Shown here: in pieces, positions 37,174-47,472 of the stretch
Position numbering within the stretch: the stretch's first letter is position 1
Layout of the letters: the number at the start of each line of letters is the position of its first letter
NCBI GenBank assembly: GCA_051294905.1
Contig: CM119371.1
Coordinates: 28,646,001 to 28,710,000 of the forward strand
Direction: 5' to 3'
Length of the DNA: 64,000 nt
Origin: Botryllus schlosseri
Lineage: Eukaryota
The notes under the pieces: generated by a model
What the model was told of the DNA's origin: nothing
The model's database searches: none
Seen by the model: the letters and a program-made list of their open reading frames with translations, nothing else
Program-made: the position numbers and the translations under genes

Positions 37174-40100
37174 ATGCCGAAGCTTTCTTGCCCAATCCAA
37201 GACTGCGAGTATGAGACTGAATCCGAAGACGCGGCAGGCGCCGCCGCACAGCTCAGAATCCATGCTACAATCCACACAACAGGTCATCCTGTCTCGCGTT
37301 CGAGACCCCCTGTCATGGAACGACCCATCATTTCGCGTGGCTCCACTGCCGAGGAATGGCAAATATTCCTCAGAAAATGGGACGATTTTAAAAAAGGGAC
37401 CGAGATACCCGACAATCTGATCAAGAGCCACCTTTGGCAATGCTGTGAGATAACTTTATCGAATGACCTCTTCAAGCAAGTCGGTGACTTCAATCAGGTC
37501 AGTGAAGGTGATATGCTGAAAGCTATTGAATCTCTAGCAGTTGTCAAAATCGCCACAAGCATGCGCACCGTTGCTCTATTTTCGGCCCAGCAGGATCAAG
37601 GGCAATCCTTTAGTGCATTTCTGGCCGAAGTTAAATCGTCGGCAAGAATTTGCTCATTCCAAATGACTTGTACCAAGCATGACTGCACCCAAGTCAACGA
37701 CTTTTCTGATAGAATTGTTAAACATATTGTCATCGCCGGCCTGGCTGATGATGAGGTTCAGCGGCAAGTCCTTGGTGTTGCAAATCTCGATGCAAAATCG
37801 CTAGACGAAACTGTCCAGATTATTGAAAACAAGGAACTGGCGCTCCGTGCCACCTCCTTCCAGACGAGAAATCAGCATGACTCTAGCGTCGCAGCCAGCA
37901 GTTTAATTGGCACGCCTTCGCCCGATCTCTCTCAAGTCGTCCAATGTAGCAAATGTGGCAATGTCATGAAGAAGTATAAATTCTTGCACGGGAAGTTTGG
38001 TAAGCCGAGGTTGCGCGAGTTTAAACAATGTCTAGCCTGCTGGAGAAAAAGCAAACAATCGGAGACGCCTAGTACTGGCACCGCTTCTAGTATCGATATC
38101 GCTTCAGTATCAAACCGTACCAATAGCACTGTCGAATCTCGTGCTTCGGAAGTCATATTGGACCACCACATATTCGATGGCACGTACGGTTGGTTGCTGA
38201 AAGACTGCAAGGCACAACCAACCATTGATCTTTTGGTCTCAACCCGGCAAGCCGATTATGCCCAGTTCAATATCCAGCGTCCCAAAATATCGCCCAAGAA
38301 GATAAAAGCGATATCAGACACTGGTGCACAATCATCCTTGATGGGATTGAAACTGTTTCGAGCATGCGGCTTCAAAGACCAGCATCTCATCCCGGTGAAG
38401 AAACGCTTGGTGGCAGCTAATGATGAGTGTATCCACATCCTGGGCGCTGTGTTTCTGCGACTTTCGGGTGCGGCAGTTTCTGGTGATGTCATAGAAACCG
38501 CTGAGATGGTATACATTACGGACTCTACGAAACTCTTCTACCTTAGTCGAGATGCCATGCAGAAGTTGGGCATCATTGGGCCCGATTTTCCTCAAATTGG
38601 GGCAGCCGCACTGCACGCGACACAAGAGTCAACCCTTGAGGGTAACCCGCATCAAACATGTAGCTGCCCACGGAGGTCCACGCCTCCTCCACGCCCCCAG
38701 CAACTGCCATTCCAGCCTTGTGCGGAGAATGTTGATAAAATGAAGCAGTGGCTACTTGAGAGGTATGCATCATCCACATTCAACAAGTGCAAACACAGCC
38801 CACTACCAACCATGACTGGGCCGCCTATTTCCATTCATATCGATCCGTCAGCGAAACCGACTGCAGTCCACACACCGGCTCCCATTCCACTTCATTGGAA
38901 AGAGGAAATTGAGAAGCAGTTGGAGGCGGACGTAAAATTAGGGGTGATTGAAAAAGTGGAGCCGAACACGCCAACGACCTGGTGTCATAGGGCCATATGG
39001 GTCCGCAAGGCAGATGGCAGCCCGAGGAGAGTTGTTGACTTCCAATCGCTGAACCGCTTCTGCTCTCGAGAAACACACCATGTTGTGGCTCCTTTCAAAC
39101 AAGCACGTTCGATACCTCCAAACACTTACAGGTCTGTCACAGATGCCTGGAATCGTTACCATTCCGTGCCCGTGCGTGAAGAGGATAGACACCTTCTGAC
39201 ATTCATCACTGAGTTCGGGAGATATCGGTATAGAGTGGCCCCGCAGGGATACCTGGCCAGTGGCGACGGGTACGCTTACCGCTACGACAGCATCATTGCT
39301 GACACACCACGCAAAACGAAGTGCGTGGACGACACGGTCCTCTGGGACGATGACCTTGCCACGCACTGGTGGAGAATGATTGACTATCTAGAATTAATGG
39401 GCCGTGAAGGTATCATCTTAAACGCCTCCAAGTTCCAGTTCTGCCGCAGACACATCGAGTTCGCCGGCTTCGAAATTACTGCTGAGAATGTTCGCCCTCT
39501 GCCCAAATATTTAGAGGCAATACAGTGCTTCCCACGGCCAACAAAAATAGCAGATATACGTGCATGGTTTGGGCTGGTCAACCAGGTATCCCATTATGGC
39601 CGGCTTTCTACCATTATGGCACCATTCAAACCGTTACTAAGCCCGAAAACTCCATTTTGCTGGACTTCCGAACTTGATGACGCATTCGCGAACTCCAAGC
39701 TGGAGCTCATCAACGCTATCAAAGATGGAGTACGGATCTTTGACCCCACTAGAAGAACGTGCCTGACCCCGGACTGGTCAAGGTCTGGCATTGGCTACTG
39801 GTTGCGACAAAAGCACTGCAAATGCGTTTCCTTGACTCCCGACTGTTGCGACCATGGGTGGAAAATCACTCTCGCTGGCTCAAGGTTCCTTCGATCCGCC
39901 GAACAACGTTATTGTTCTGTAGAGGGCGAGGCGCTTGGAATCGCATGGGCATTGGAAGATACGAAGTTCTTCACCCTAGGATGTGACGATCTCATCATCT
40001 GCACTGACCACAAACCTTTGGTAAAAATCTTTGGGGACCGCTCCCTTGATGAAATTACTAACACAAGGATTTTTCGTCTGAAGCAGCGCACATTGTCATG

Positions 40101-41784
40101 GCGCTTCCGTGTCGTCCATGTTCCTAGCAAGCTCATTCCTGCGTCTGATGCATTTTCCAGGCACCCTGCTCCCTTGACTCCAGTGGAGGACATGCCATTG
40201 GACCACTGCGACAGTATAGTAGCTGCCCATGAGGACACCAATCTGATTGAAATCAGCATCGTGGCCGCCTCCCGAGCATCATTGAATGCCATTGAAGTTG
40301 TCTCCTGGGACGATGTAAAGCGTAGTACCGCATACGATCCTATCCTCAGTGAGTTGAAAAATCACATCATCTCAGGATTCCCCGACAAATCGGACAAACT
40401 GCCTTTTCAACTACAATCATATTGGCGGTACCGCGACAACCTATCGATCGTAGATGATGTTGTCATGTATAATGACCGGATCGTCGTTCCCCCGCCGCTG
40501 CGAGGGGTTATTTGTGAAATCTTACACTCGGCACACCAAGGGACTGCTGCCATGTCACAGAGGGCACAGGCCACAGTATTTTGGCCTGGGATGACTGAGT
40601 GTATAGCACGTACACGAGCACGTTGTGACAACTGCAGTAAAATGGCACCGAGTCAAGCATACATGCCTCCGGCCGAGCCATTCATACCGACCTACCCTTT
40701 CCAAGCTGTTGCTGCTGATTATTGCACCGCCGCAGGCCACCACTATTTAGTCGTTGTTGACCGCTTCAGCAACTGGCCAGCGATATTCCATGTGAAGCAT
40801 GGTGGGCAAACGTCTGGAGCCCTCGGACTCCAAGATGCATTACGAAGTTACTTCGGCACGTTTGGAGTGGCCGAAGAACTTAGCAGTGACGGGGGACCCG
40901 AATTTGCTGCGCACAGCACTCGGGAATTTTTTCGAAAATGGGGGGTGCGCCACAGGCTCTCGTCGGCTTACCACTCCCGGTCAAATGGCCGTGCGGAGGC
41001 CGCGGTGAAATCGATGAAACGACTCCTTCTCGGCAACATTTCGCAGGGTGGCAGCATTCGGACCGATGCAATTACTCGGGCGTTGCTACAGTTTCGCAAT
41101 TGCCCCGACCCCGCGAACGGACTCTCCCCTGCAGAAATAGTATTTGGCAGGACTTTGAAAGACGCGCTGCCGATCAAAGCATGGGTCCCAGTTTTCACCC
41201 AGCGCAATATAAGGCCATTATGGAGAAACCTCTGGCGGAGTCGCGAGCACACGTTGCGTACCAGATTTGCGAAGCAGCTGGAATCTCTGTCGTTGAACAC
41301 TAAGCCATTATCACAGCTTCTTGAAGGTGATGTCTGTCGCATTCAAAACCAAAACGGTCGTTATCCCCTTCGCTGGGACAGAACCGGCACTGTGGTTCAG
41401 TGCCGGGACCATGACCAGTACCTCGTGAAAGTGGACGGTTCCGGCAGATTGACGCTGCGTAACAGGAAATTTCTGCGCAAGATTGAGCCGTACTTCTCGA
41501 ACCAGAAGCACCAATCTTTTCAGCCAACGGTCTCGTCTCCCGGCACAGCTACGCCTCCTCAAGTCGTTTCGCCACCCGCTCGAAATGGGCAGTCAAATGA
41601 GGTAGACCCTGGCGTGCTGCGATCCGCCGAATCGAGTGCAGGAGATCATCTACCAGTTGAAGTACCGATCGACGACACTAGTGTTGCAGCACCGCCTAAT
41701 GAGAGACGCCAGCGCTCTGGCAGAAATGTTACTCCTCCAGTATGGCACAAGGACTATGTTATTGGGGCACAAATTTTATGTTGA
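37174..41784 (+). CDS. Gag-Pol polyprotein (Gag, aspartic protease, RT, RNase H, integrase) in a single frame
   Basis: 1536 aa; protease ISDTGA; RT DAWN.YH, PQG, CVDD; RNase H DWS..E..TDHKPL; integrase HSAH..CDNC, ADY, SDGG, E; PR-RT-RH-IN order. Confidence 0.96.
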   Translation: MPKLSCPIQDCEYETESEDAAGAAAQLRIHATIHTTGHPVSRSRPPVMERPIISRGSTAEEWQIFLRKWDDFKKGTEIPDNLIKSHLWQCCEITLSNDLFKQVGDFNQVSEGDMLKAIESLAVVKIATSMRTVALFSAQQDQGQSFSAFLAEVKSSARICSFQMTCTKHDCTQVNDFSDRIVKHIVIAGLADDEVQRQVLGVANLDAKSLDETVQIIENKELALRATSFQTRNQHDSSVAASSLIGTPSPDLSQVVQCSKCGNVMKKYKFLHGKFGKPRLREFKQCLACWRKSKQSETPSTGTASSIDIASVSNRTNSTVESRASEVILDHHIFDGTYGWLLKDCKAQPTIDLLVSTRQADYAQFNIQRPKISPKKIKAISDTGAQSSLMGLKLFRACGFKDQHLIPVKKRLVAANDECIHILGAVFLRLSGAAVSGDVIETAEMVYITDSTKLFYLSRDAMQKLGIIGPDFPQIGAAALHATQESTLEGNPHQTCSCPRRSTPPPRPQQLPFQPCAENVDKMKQWLLERYASSTFNKCKHSPLPTMTGPPISIHIDPSAKPTAVHTPAPIPLHWKEEIEKQLEADVKLGVIEKVEPNTPTTWCHRAIWVRKADGSPRRVVDFQSLNRFCSRETHHVVAPFKQARSIPPNTYRSVTDAWNRYHSVPVREEDRHLLTFITEFGRYRYRVAPQGYLASGDGYAYRYDSIIADTPRKTKCVDDTVLWDDDLATHWWRMIDYLELMGREGIILNASKFQFCRRHIEFAGFEITAENVRPLPKYLEAIQCFPRPTKIADIRAWFGLVNQVSHYGRLSTIMAPFKPLLSPKTPFCWTSELDDAFANSKLELINAIKDGVRIFDPTRRTCLTPDWSRSGIGYWLRQKHCKCVSLTPDCCDHGWKITLAGSRFLRSAEQRYCSVEGEALGIAWALEDTKFFTLGCDDLIICTDHKPLVKIFGDRSLDEITNTRIFRLKQRTLSWRFRVVHVPSKLIPASDAFSRHPAPLTPVEDMPLDHCDSIVAAHEDTNLIEISIVAASRASLNAIEVVSWDDVKRSTAYDPILSELKNHIISGFPDKSDKLPFQLQSYWRYRDNLSIVDDVVMYNDRIVVPPPLRGVICEILHSAHQGTAAMSQRAQATVFWPGMTECIARTRARCDNCSKMAPSQAYMPPAEPFIPTYPFQAVAADYCTAAGHHYLVVVDRFSNWPAIFHVKHGGQTSGALGLQDALRSYFGTFGVAEELSSDGGPEFAAHSTREFFRKWGVRHRLSSAYHSRSNGRAEAAVKSMKRLLLGNISQGGSIRTDAITRALLQFRNCPDPANGLSPAEIVFGRTLKDALPIKAWVPVFTQRNIRPLWRNLWRSREHTLRTRFAKQLESLSLNTKPLSQLLEGDVCRIQNQNGRYPLRWDRTGTVVQCRDHDQYLVKVDGSGRLTLRNRKFLRKIEPYFSNQKHQSFQPTVSSPGTATPPQVVSPPARNGQSNEVDPGVLRSAESSAGDHLPVEVPIDDTSVAAPPNERRQRSGRNVTPPVWHKDYVIGAQILC

Positions 41785-41871
41785 TTCCCGCTATCGCCAT
41801 TGGAGTATTTGGTTGAACGTTCTCTATACGCGGTATTTTGAACTCCTCACTCAATGCACATTGATTTCGTT

Positions 41872-41886
41872 AGGAGTTGGGGGGGA
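41872..41886 (+). other. Polypurine tract
   Basis: AGGAGTTGGGGGGGA immediately upstream of the 3' LTR. Confidence 0.85.
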
Positions 41887-42123
41887 TGTGTGAATATCTC
41901 TTGCTGCTATCACTCTCTCTCTACTAGTATCCTTAAACGCATGAGCGATCTCGTCTTCTTGTTGTTGTGATTGCGCGACGTGTGTGCATGTATGTATCAG
42001 CACCCACGTCTTGTGAGTTATTGGAGTAATAGGGATTAGGTTAGTCGATGCAACTGTTCTTTTGTATTTCAGTTTGATCATTTATTACGGTATTTAACCT
42101 ATGAATAAATGCAAAGTTGCACA
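41887..42123 (+). repeat. 3' LTR
   Basis: Direct copy of 36912-37148. Confidence 0.96.
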
Positions 42124-44644
42124 ATGAATATGATACCATTCGAGCCTGCGCCAATGGTCGAGGACTATATAAACTATCTTCGAATTTAATTTCAAGAAAG
42201 AGGTTTGGTTCAGGTACAGAGAACAGTAATAGACATTATTCTATTAAAATACATTACCATACTAGTTTACGACAGCGTAAGCTATAAGCTTCGATCACTT
42301 CGTAAGCGGTCAATTTATTTGTGAGAGAACAATGGAGGCTCAGTAAAACGCACGATCATTGAATGATTGGTCGCTCTCACGAGTTACACCCGCGTTTTGC
42401 GAACAATCCGATTGCAAGATACAGTGATTTTTATCGACATCGATTGCTTGATGACTTGAAATTTACTCGTGAATTTTGCTTCGAGTCACGAGTCAATCCA
42501 CATTTCTGATACGTCGAGTCAAGTCAAGTCAAGTCATTTTAACAAAGTGACTCGAGTCAAGTCAAGTCATACGAAAAAGGTGACTCGAGTCTGACTCGAG
42601 TCAAGTCATGACTCGAGTCATCCTAACACTGGCTAGAACTACTAATTTTAGTGACGAAATTCATGAATGAATCTGAAAAAGTTTTCGCGCTTGGCGCGAT
42701 TATGAACAGCCTACATTATTTAATAAATTAGTACGGAGTTCGCCGGAAATGAACATAGACACTTTAACATGAGTATTTGGCATCCTGCTAGTTCATTACG
42801 ACTATTCCCTGGAATGCGGCCGTAGGCTACATGAGTAGTCGAAATGCGGCCGTGACTGGCAAAAAGATTGGCCACCCCTGCTGTATGACAGTGCTGTTCT
42901 CAAATCCACATTGTCTTCGTCATTATTGGCGAGAAATAGCTTTGAATTTGCATTGCTGTCGTTAAAATACATTCATTAAATACGATTTATTCCTTGTATA
43001 CGTGGATAAATGGGCGAATAATGTATCGATTCAGCAATCCGGCCCACCAAGTACTTAATTTTCCTATATCCGGCCCGCCGACTTGGAGAAGTTGCCCGCC
43101 CCTGGTTTATTCAGAAGTATTGAATGATCTACCGTATCAAATGCTTTTTTTCAAGTCAAGAAATATGGAGCAACCGACCTCATTAGATATAATTATTGAT
43201 TGGTACTTGAGCAGTAAATCTAGAATGGCATGTTGAGTATTGTGATGAGTTCGAAAGCCGAATTGATTGGGCCATAATATGGTTTGAAGAAATTCGGAGA
43301 GCCTTGAGTGTAAAAGCTTTTCAAAAAGTATTGCTAAGCAAGATAAGACTGATATTGGTCGATAATTATTCATTGACATTCTGTTTCCTTTTTTGTGTAC
43401 AGGAACTACTCTGGCTATATTCTTTAAGAGCTTCAGGAAAGATTCCTAAAGCCATACAGTAACGAAAATTTGACGTAGTAAGTAAGCCGTAGGGAATCCC
43501 AGCAGACTGGGGCCATGGGTCACATTCAGACATGGGGTAATCGCGATTAGTAATCGTAATCGATTACGACGATTACAGCATTTGCAAGTAATCGCAATCG
43601 ATTACATTCGAAAAAATTCCAAAGTAATCGTAATCGACTAATTCCCGTATCTTATCGATTTCTTTGTGAGAGAACGGTTACTTTTTATTTGTACAAGGAC
43701 ATACGACATAAACTGAACATTCGTGAGCAAGGAAGAGATATTATACCAGGCTAGTGATAGCACAAACGTATGATTTTCAAACGCCACTGCTCATTATTAC
43801 GTCAGAAGTATTAGCTTTGCTCGTCATTGCGTAAGAAGTACCCACATGTAGTAAATAGATATTCGATTCACTGTATATTGTAACGTGATTGCAATAACAC
43901 CCGTCATGGTGTATACCTGGTTATCAATACACTCCAGACGCCACTACCTTGCAGCAGCAGCAGCAGAATAATAAGCGCCACTCTTCCTAGTTTCAAATAG
44001 CAGCTTATGTGTGGATGTTAGGTTATGCTTAATTAAGCTAAAGATTGCTAAACTACGGCTACAGTAAGTTAGTAATCGATAGCTAAACGCAGTTTGACTG
44101 TTACTGCTTGGCGAGCAGTAGGCATCTGTACGTACGAAAGAACACCCGACAAAGATGTGAAATTTTGTACTCGTCAAATGAAACATTACGATTTCCACAA
44201 CGAGGCAATAAATCAACAGCTGCTGATATATATTATAACCGAGCCGTTTCTCGCAATGGTAGCTTGTAATATATGTATTAAGTGGAAGGCAGATTTTATG
44301 TTAACAATATCTTATTCTCATTGTAATATATCTCTCTTTAGCCGAGACCCTAACATGCAGACAAGTGATTGTGAGCGAAAGTTCCTTTATTACTCTCATG
44401 ACGTTAACTTAAATACGAACGAGAACACAAGACACCAATTATTAGGACTACGTATATCACATCCTTTTTCACCCCAAGATGCTTAAGTTACGTAGTCCTC
44501 CAAGTATTTAGGTTTCCTCGGATACGCTCTGATCTTCGTGGTATGTGTTGCGGTGTAGTGGGTATACTGGTTGCTTCATCAGCAACCACGGAGGCAGCTA
44601 CGTCATTGAAGCACGACGGTTGGGCGACGTCGACGTCCTCTCGG

Positions 44645-45074
44645 CAGAGATGAGCATGGATTAGGATTAGGTTTTGAAAAAACAGGATTTGTGAAATTTT
44701 TGTCGGATTTGGATTGGATTTGAATTAGACATTTTTTTTAGAATGGATTAGGATTTGGATTGGATTTACCTATTTTCTGGAAGATTGAAATGTCGTGTGG
44801 CGAATGGCGACAAACTTTTTTCAGATCGGTTAATAATATACTTATAGTTACTAAGTTATCTTGAATCAAGTGAATCGTTGGTTGTGAAAGAAAATTTTCG
44901 AATCCCTCCATTGCATATAAATTGGCATTTTTTCTGAATTTCTAGTTGGAATCGGATTAGGATTGGACATGGACTTGTATACGAAAAAGTTATGGATTAG
45001 GATTTTGATTTTGATTTGAAGGTTCGGATTTGGATTGGATTAGGACGTAGAAATTTCAAATCTGCTCATCTCTG
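44645..45074. mobile_element. MITE, same family as 17199-17620
   Basis: CAGAGATGAGCA / TGCTCATCTCTG; TSD CCTCTCGG at 44637-44644 and 45075-45082. Confidence 0.93.
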
Positions 45075-45082
45075 CCTCTCGG

Positions 45083-45500
45083 GTATAGTCGTTTCCACAA
45101 CCGGTTCCAGCTTCAGTTCCACATCAGTTACAAGTTTCCGCAGGTGTCTCCGGTTTCTTTTTATAAGCATGCCGGATTCAAGTCGGATGAGGTATCTTCT
45201 TTCGTCATCTGTACCTTGGCCATATAGATATCTTAATGGCCGATTGTTCCGCTCTCGCCTTCTTCCGATCCTTTGGAATCAGCATTTGGGACCCTCTCCT
45301 CTGTTTCCGCGTTTTAGTGTCCGTTGTACGCCGTCTCCGCTTTTCCGTCTTTTAGGGATCCCCATAACAATAACAATGCCTTGGCTGTTGGCTTGTTGTA
45401 GCGTTGAAATCGTCATCAGATTGCAGACAATCCAGACATCGACGTACTGTACCCGTACCGGGCGACCGTAGCATTATGGAGGACATCCTCTATAGTAGCA
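45083..45500 (-). pseudogene. Possible decayed LINE ORF1 fragment (partly duplicated at ~16765-17040)
   Basis: Minus strand reads IVIVMGIP...RIGRRRERNNRPLR with stops, reminiscent of CR1/L2 ORF1; same strand as and upstream of the RT relic. Confidence 0.4.
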
Positions 45501-47472
45501 TACATCACCTTGATTTTTTTCTGATGCAACCTGTCTGTTCTGCCTAGTGCAGTCTAACATTATACTACAATTGGTATATAACTATGTATAGTAAGTAAGG
45601 GCGTAGTGATATCTTTAGACCTCGGTAGTCGGTACAGTGGTGATTGACCAATGACCATTGACCATCCATCGATAGGACGTCCTCGTGCGACATTGGGACG
45701 CCGTTTTCTCATAATGGCTAATACGGTTGGACTCATTTCTGGATATTATGCATATTTTGAACATATATTATCATACGAACTTACTGTAAAGCGGCGTTAC
45801 TTTGGACGTGAGGTGAGGTAGCTTTGCACTAAGCATGAGCAGTGAGCAGTAAAACATTTAGGCCTAATAATGCCAATGATTATAGGTTTTTGATGGTAAA
45901 GTATTCCCGCTGAAGGAGGTCCAATGCTTTTTCATGAGGCAACGGTAAAGTAGGCTAGTCTCAAAAAAAGTTAATTTCCTACAGGGTTGGTGTGATTGCG
46001 TGCAAACTCATTCACGACATGACATGCAAAATATGGTCATTCACGACATGACTTGTAAAATAAGGTCTGGTCTACTTTCCTACCCACAATGAAAAGTGTT
46101 ACCAATGACTACCACTTATCAGTGTTCCCTATGAATATGTCTAAATGTAAAGTGTTTCACCATTTCATCACCTGTCCTTCCACTACACTAGATGTTAGCT
46201 TATATCAATAAAGATTAATATTATAGAGATATTTTATAGATATGGGTGAAAAACCTATGGTGCAATTAACCATGCAAATAAAAACGTGTGGTAGGCTATT
46301 ACCAAGGTAAGAATCATGTACCCCAGATGACAGAGGCTACACGTTTTTAATTACAGACATGTAAAGTGTAATGACCATAATCCCAGCCATAAGGACCCTC
46401 ACCCTTACCATAAACAGTAAACACGCTAACCTTCAACCCCAACATTATGGTGACTGGCCTTATTTTGGATGTCGCGACCTTATGTTGCATGCATGTGACT
46501 GACCTTGTTTTGCATGTTGCGACTGACCATATTTTCCATGCAATCGCACCAACCCTCCTCCAGATAAAACTTTACCTATCATTGATAAATTAATGGCGAT
46601 GTCAATTTCATAGAAATGATAGCATCTGAGCGGTGGATTCAAAAATTGACAGTCGCAGAACAGACTTCCAAATAGAGATGGCAACGCGCAAAATAATTAA
46701 TTTTGACATATATAATTTTTGTCATGTTCTTGGGAATAAATAGCTGGTTCGTGGAACAGACCGTATGTCCGAATACTTCATAGTTTGTTATTGTTGCCAT
46801 TGTTACGATGCGAATTTCATGGTCTGTGATTTTGACTGTTACGTCATACTTTGCCTTTTTGGTTTTGCTTTTAAATCTGTTTAAATCCCTTTAGTGTGCC
46901 GTTAACTCTTGAAAAGAGGCACCCGAAAAGTCTTCGAGTTCAATAAATATTATTTTACAATGGATATTGTATTGAAAGCTATGTTCTTGGGAATCTTTTA
47001 TTGCTGGTCATGGTGAACATTGTTTGATGTCTGGCTGCTATCGAAGAAGCCCCATTCACATCAACTTGCACAGCTTGGTACATGTTTCGTGTGCTGCAAT
47101 ATATCCAATCGAGGTTATCAGGCTTCTGCAGTGGAAAATGTGTTTTATATTTCTGGTAGATAAATTAATAATGATTAATGGTACTGGTATTCGATTCAGA
47201 TTAGAGTACCCAGCAGTAATTAACAGAGTGATATCTGTATTTGAGTTGAACTGCTCCAGGACATTGATTTTTTATGTGTTGAGTAAAGTTAGATGCTTTC
47301 AGTTGCTCAGATTTTTATAAATGTGATTTATACTTTAGCCTACTGTGCCTTATCTCACATATGCAATGCAAATTCCCCAGCTGTGTTGTACATTTCGGTG
47401 GTTACAGTGTGTTTCGAATTTAATTTACCCCGTGCTAATGTATTTCAGTATAATTTACCGAATATAGGAGTT

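Larger units (their letters stand above)
36912..42123 (+). mobile_element. Full-length Gypsy/Ty3-type (Mag-like) LTR retrotransposon
   Basis: 237-bp TG...CA LTRs (36912-37148, 41887-42123), identical by eye; 5-bp TSD ATGAA at 36907-36911 and 42124-42128; PPT and intact ORF. Confidence 0.97.
36457..42631. mobile_element. MITE of the 31699-32564 family (third layer), split by the LTR element
   Basis: CAGTGTTGGGAT / ATCCTAACACTG; both halves colinear with 31699-32564; imperfect TSD sharing TAGAACT. Confidence 0.9.
36034..42880. mobile_element. Buster/Charlie-type hAT non-autonomous element (second layer)
   Basis: CAGGGGTGGCCAA / TTGGCCACCCCTG; TSD CTGTATGA at 36026-36033 and 42881-42888. Confidence 0.92.
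35385..43104. mobile_element. Buster/Charlie-type hAT non-autonomous element (outer layer of nest)
   Basis: CAGGGGTGGGCAAC / GTTGCCCGCCCCTG; TSD GTTTATTC at 35377-35384 and 43105-43112. Confidence 0.92.
32900..43470 (-). pseudogene. Decayed CR1/L2-like LINE ORF2 (reverse transcriptase) in three pieces: ~43105-43470, 35356-35384, ~32900-34250
   Basis: NYRPISVLS...NQFGFR...FLDLKK; NKLWHNGVRG; GVPQGSALGPLFFIIYI.DL...LADDT; YSPRIWNSL. Pieces rejoin across the TSDs. Confidence 0.88.

Noticed and set aside
37168..41893. Many short overlapping ORFs within the LTR element, including a possible env or antisense gene
   Set aside because: Expected by-products of GC-richer pol sequence; only ~100 bp between the pol stop and the 3' LTR.
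43524..43660. GTAATCG-rich stretch as a regulatory array
   Set aside because: Looks like one truncated end of a MITE (CAGACATGG...); no partner end or TSD found.
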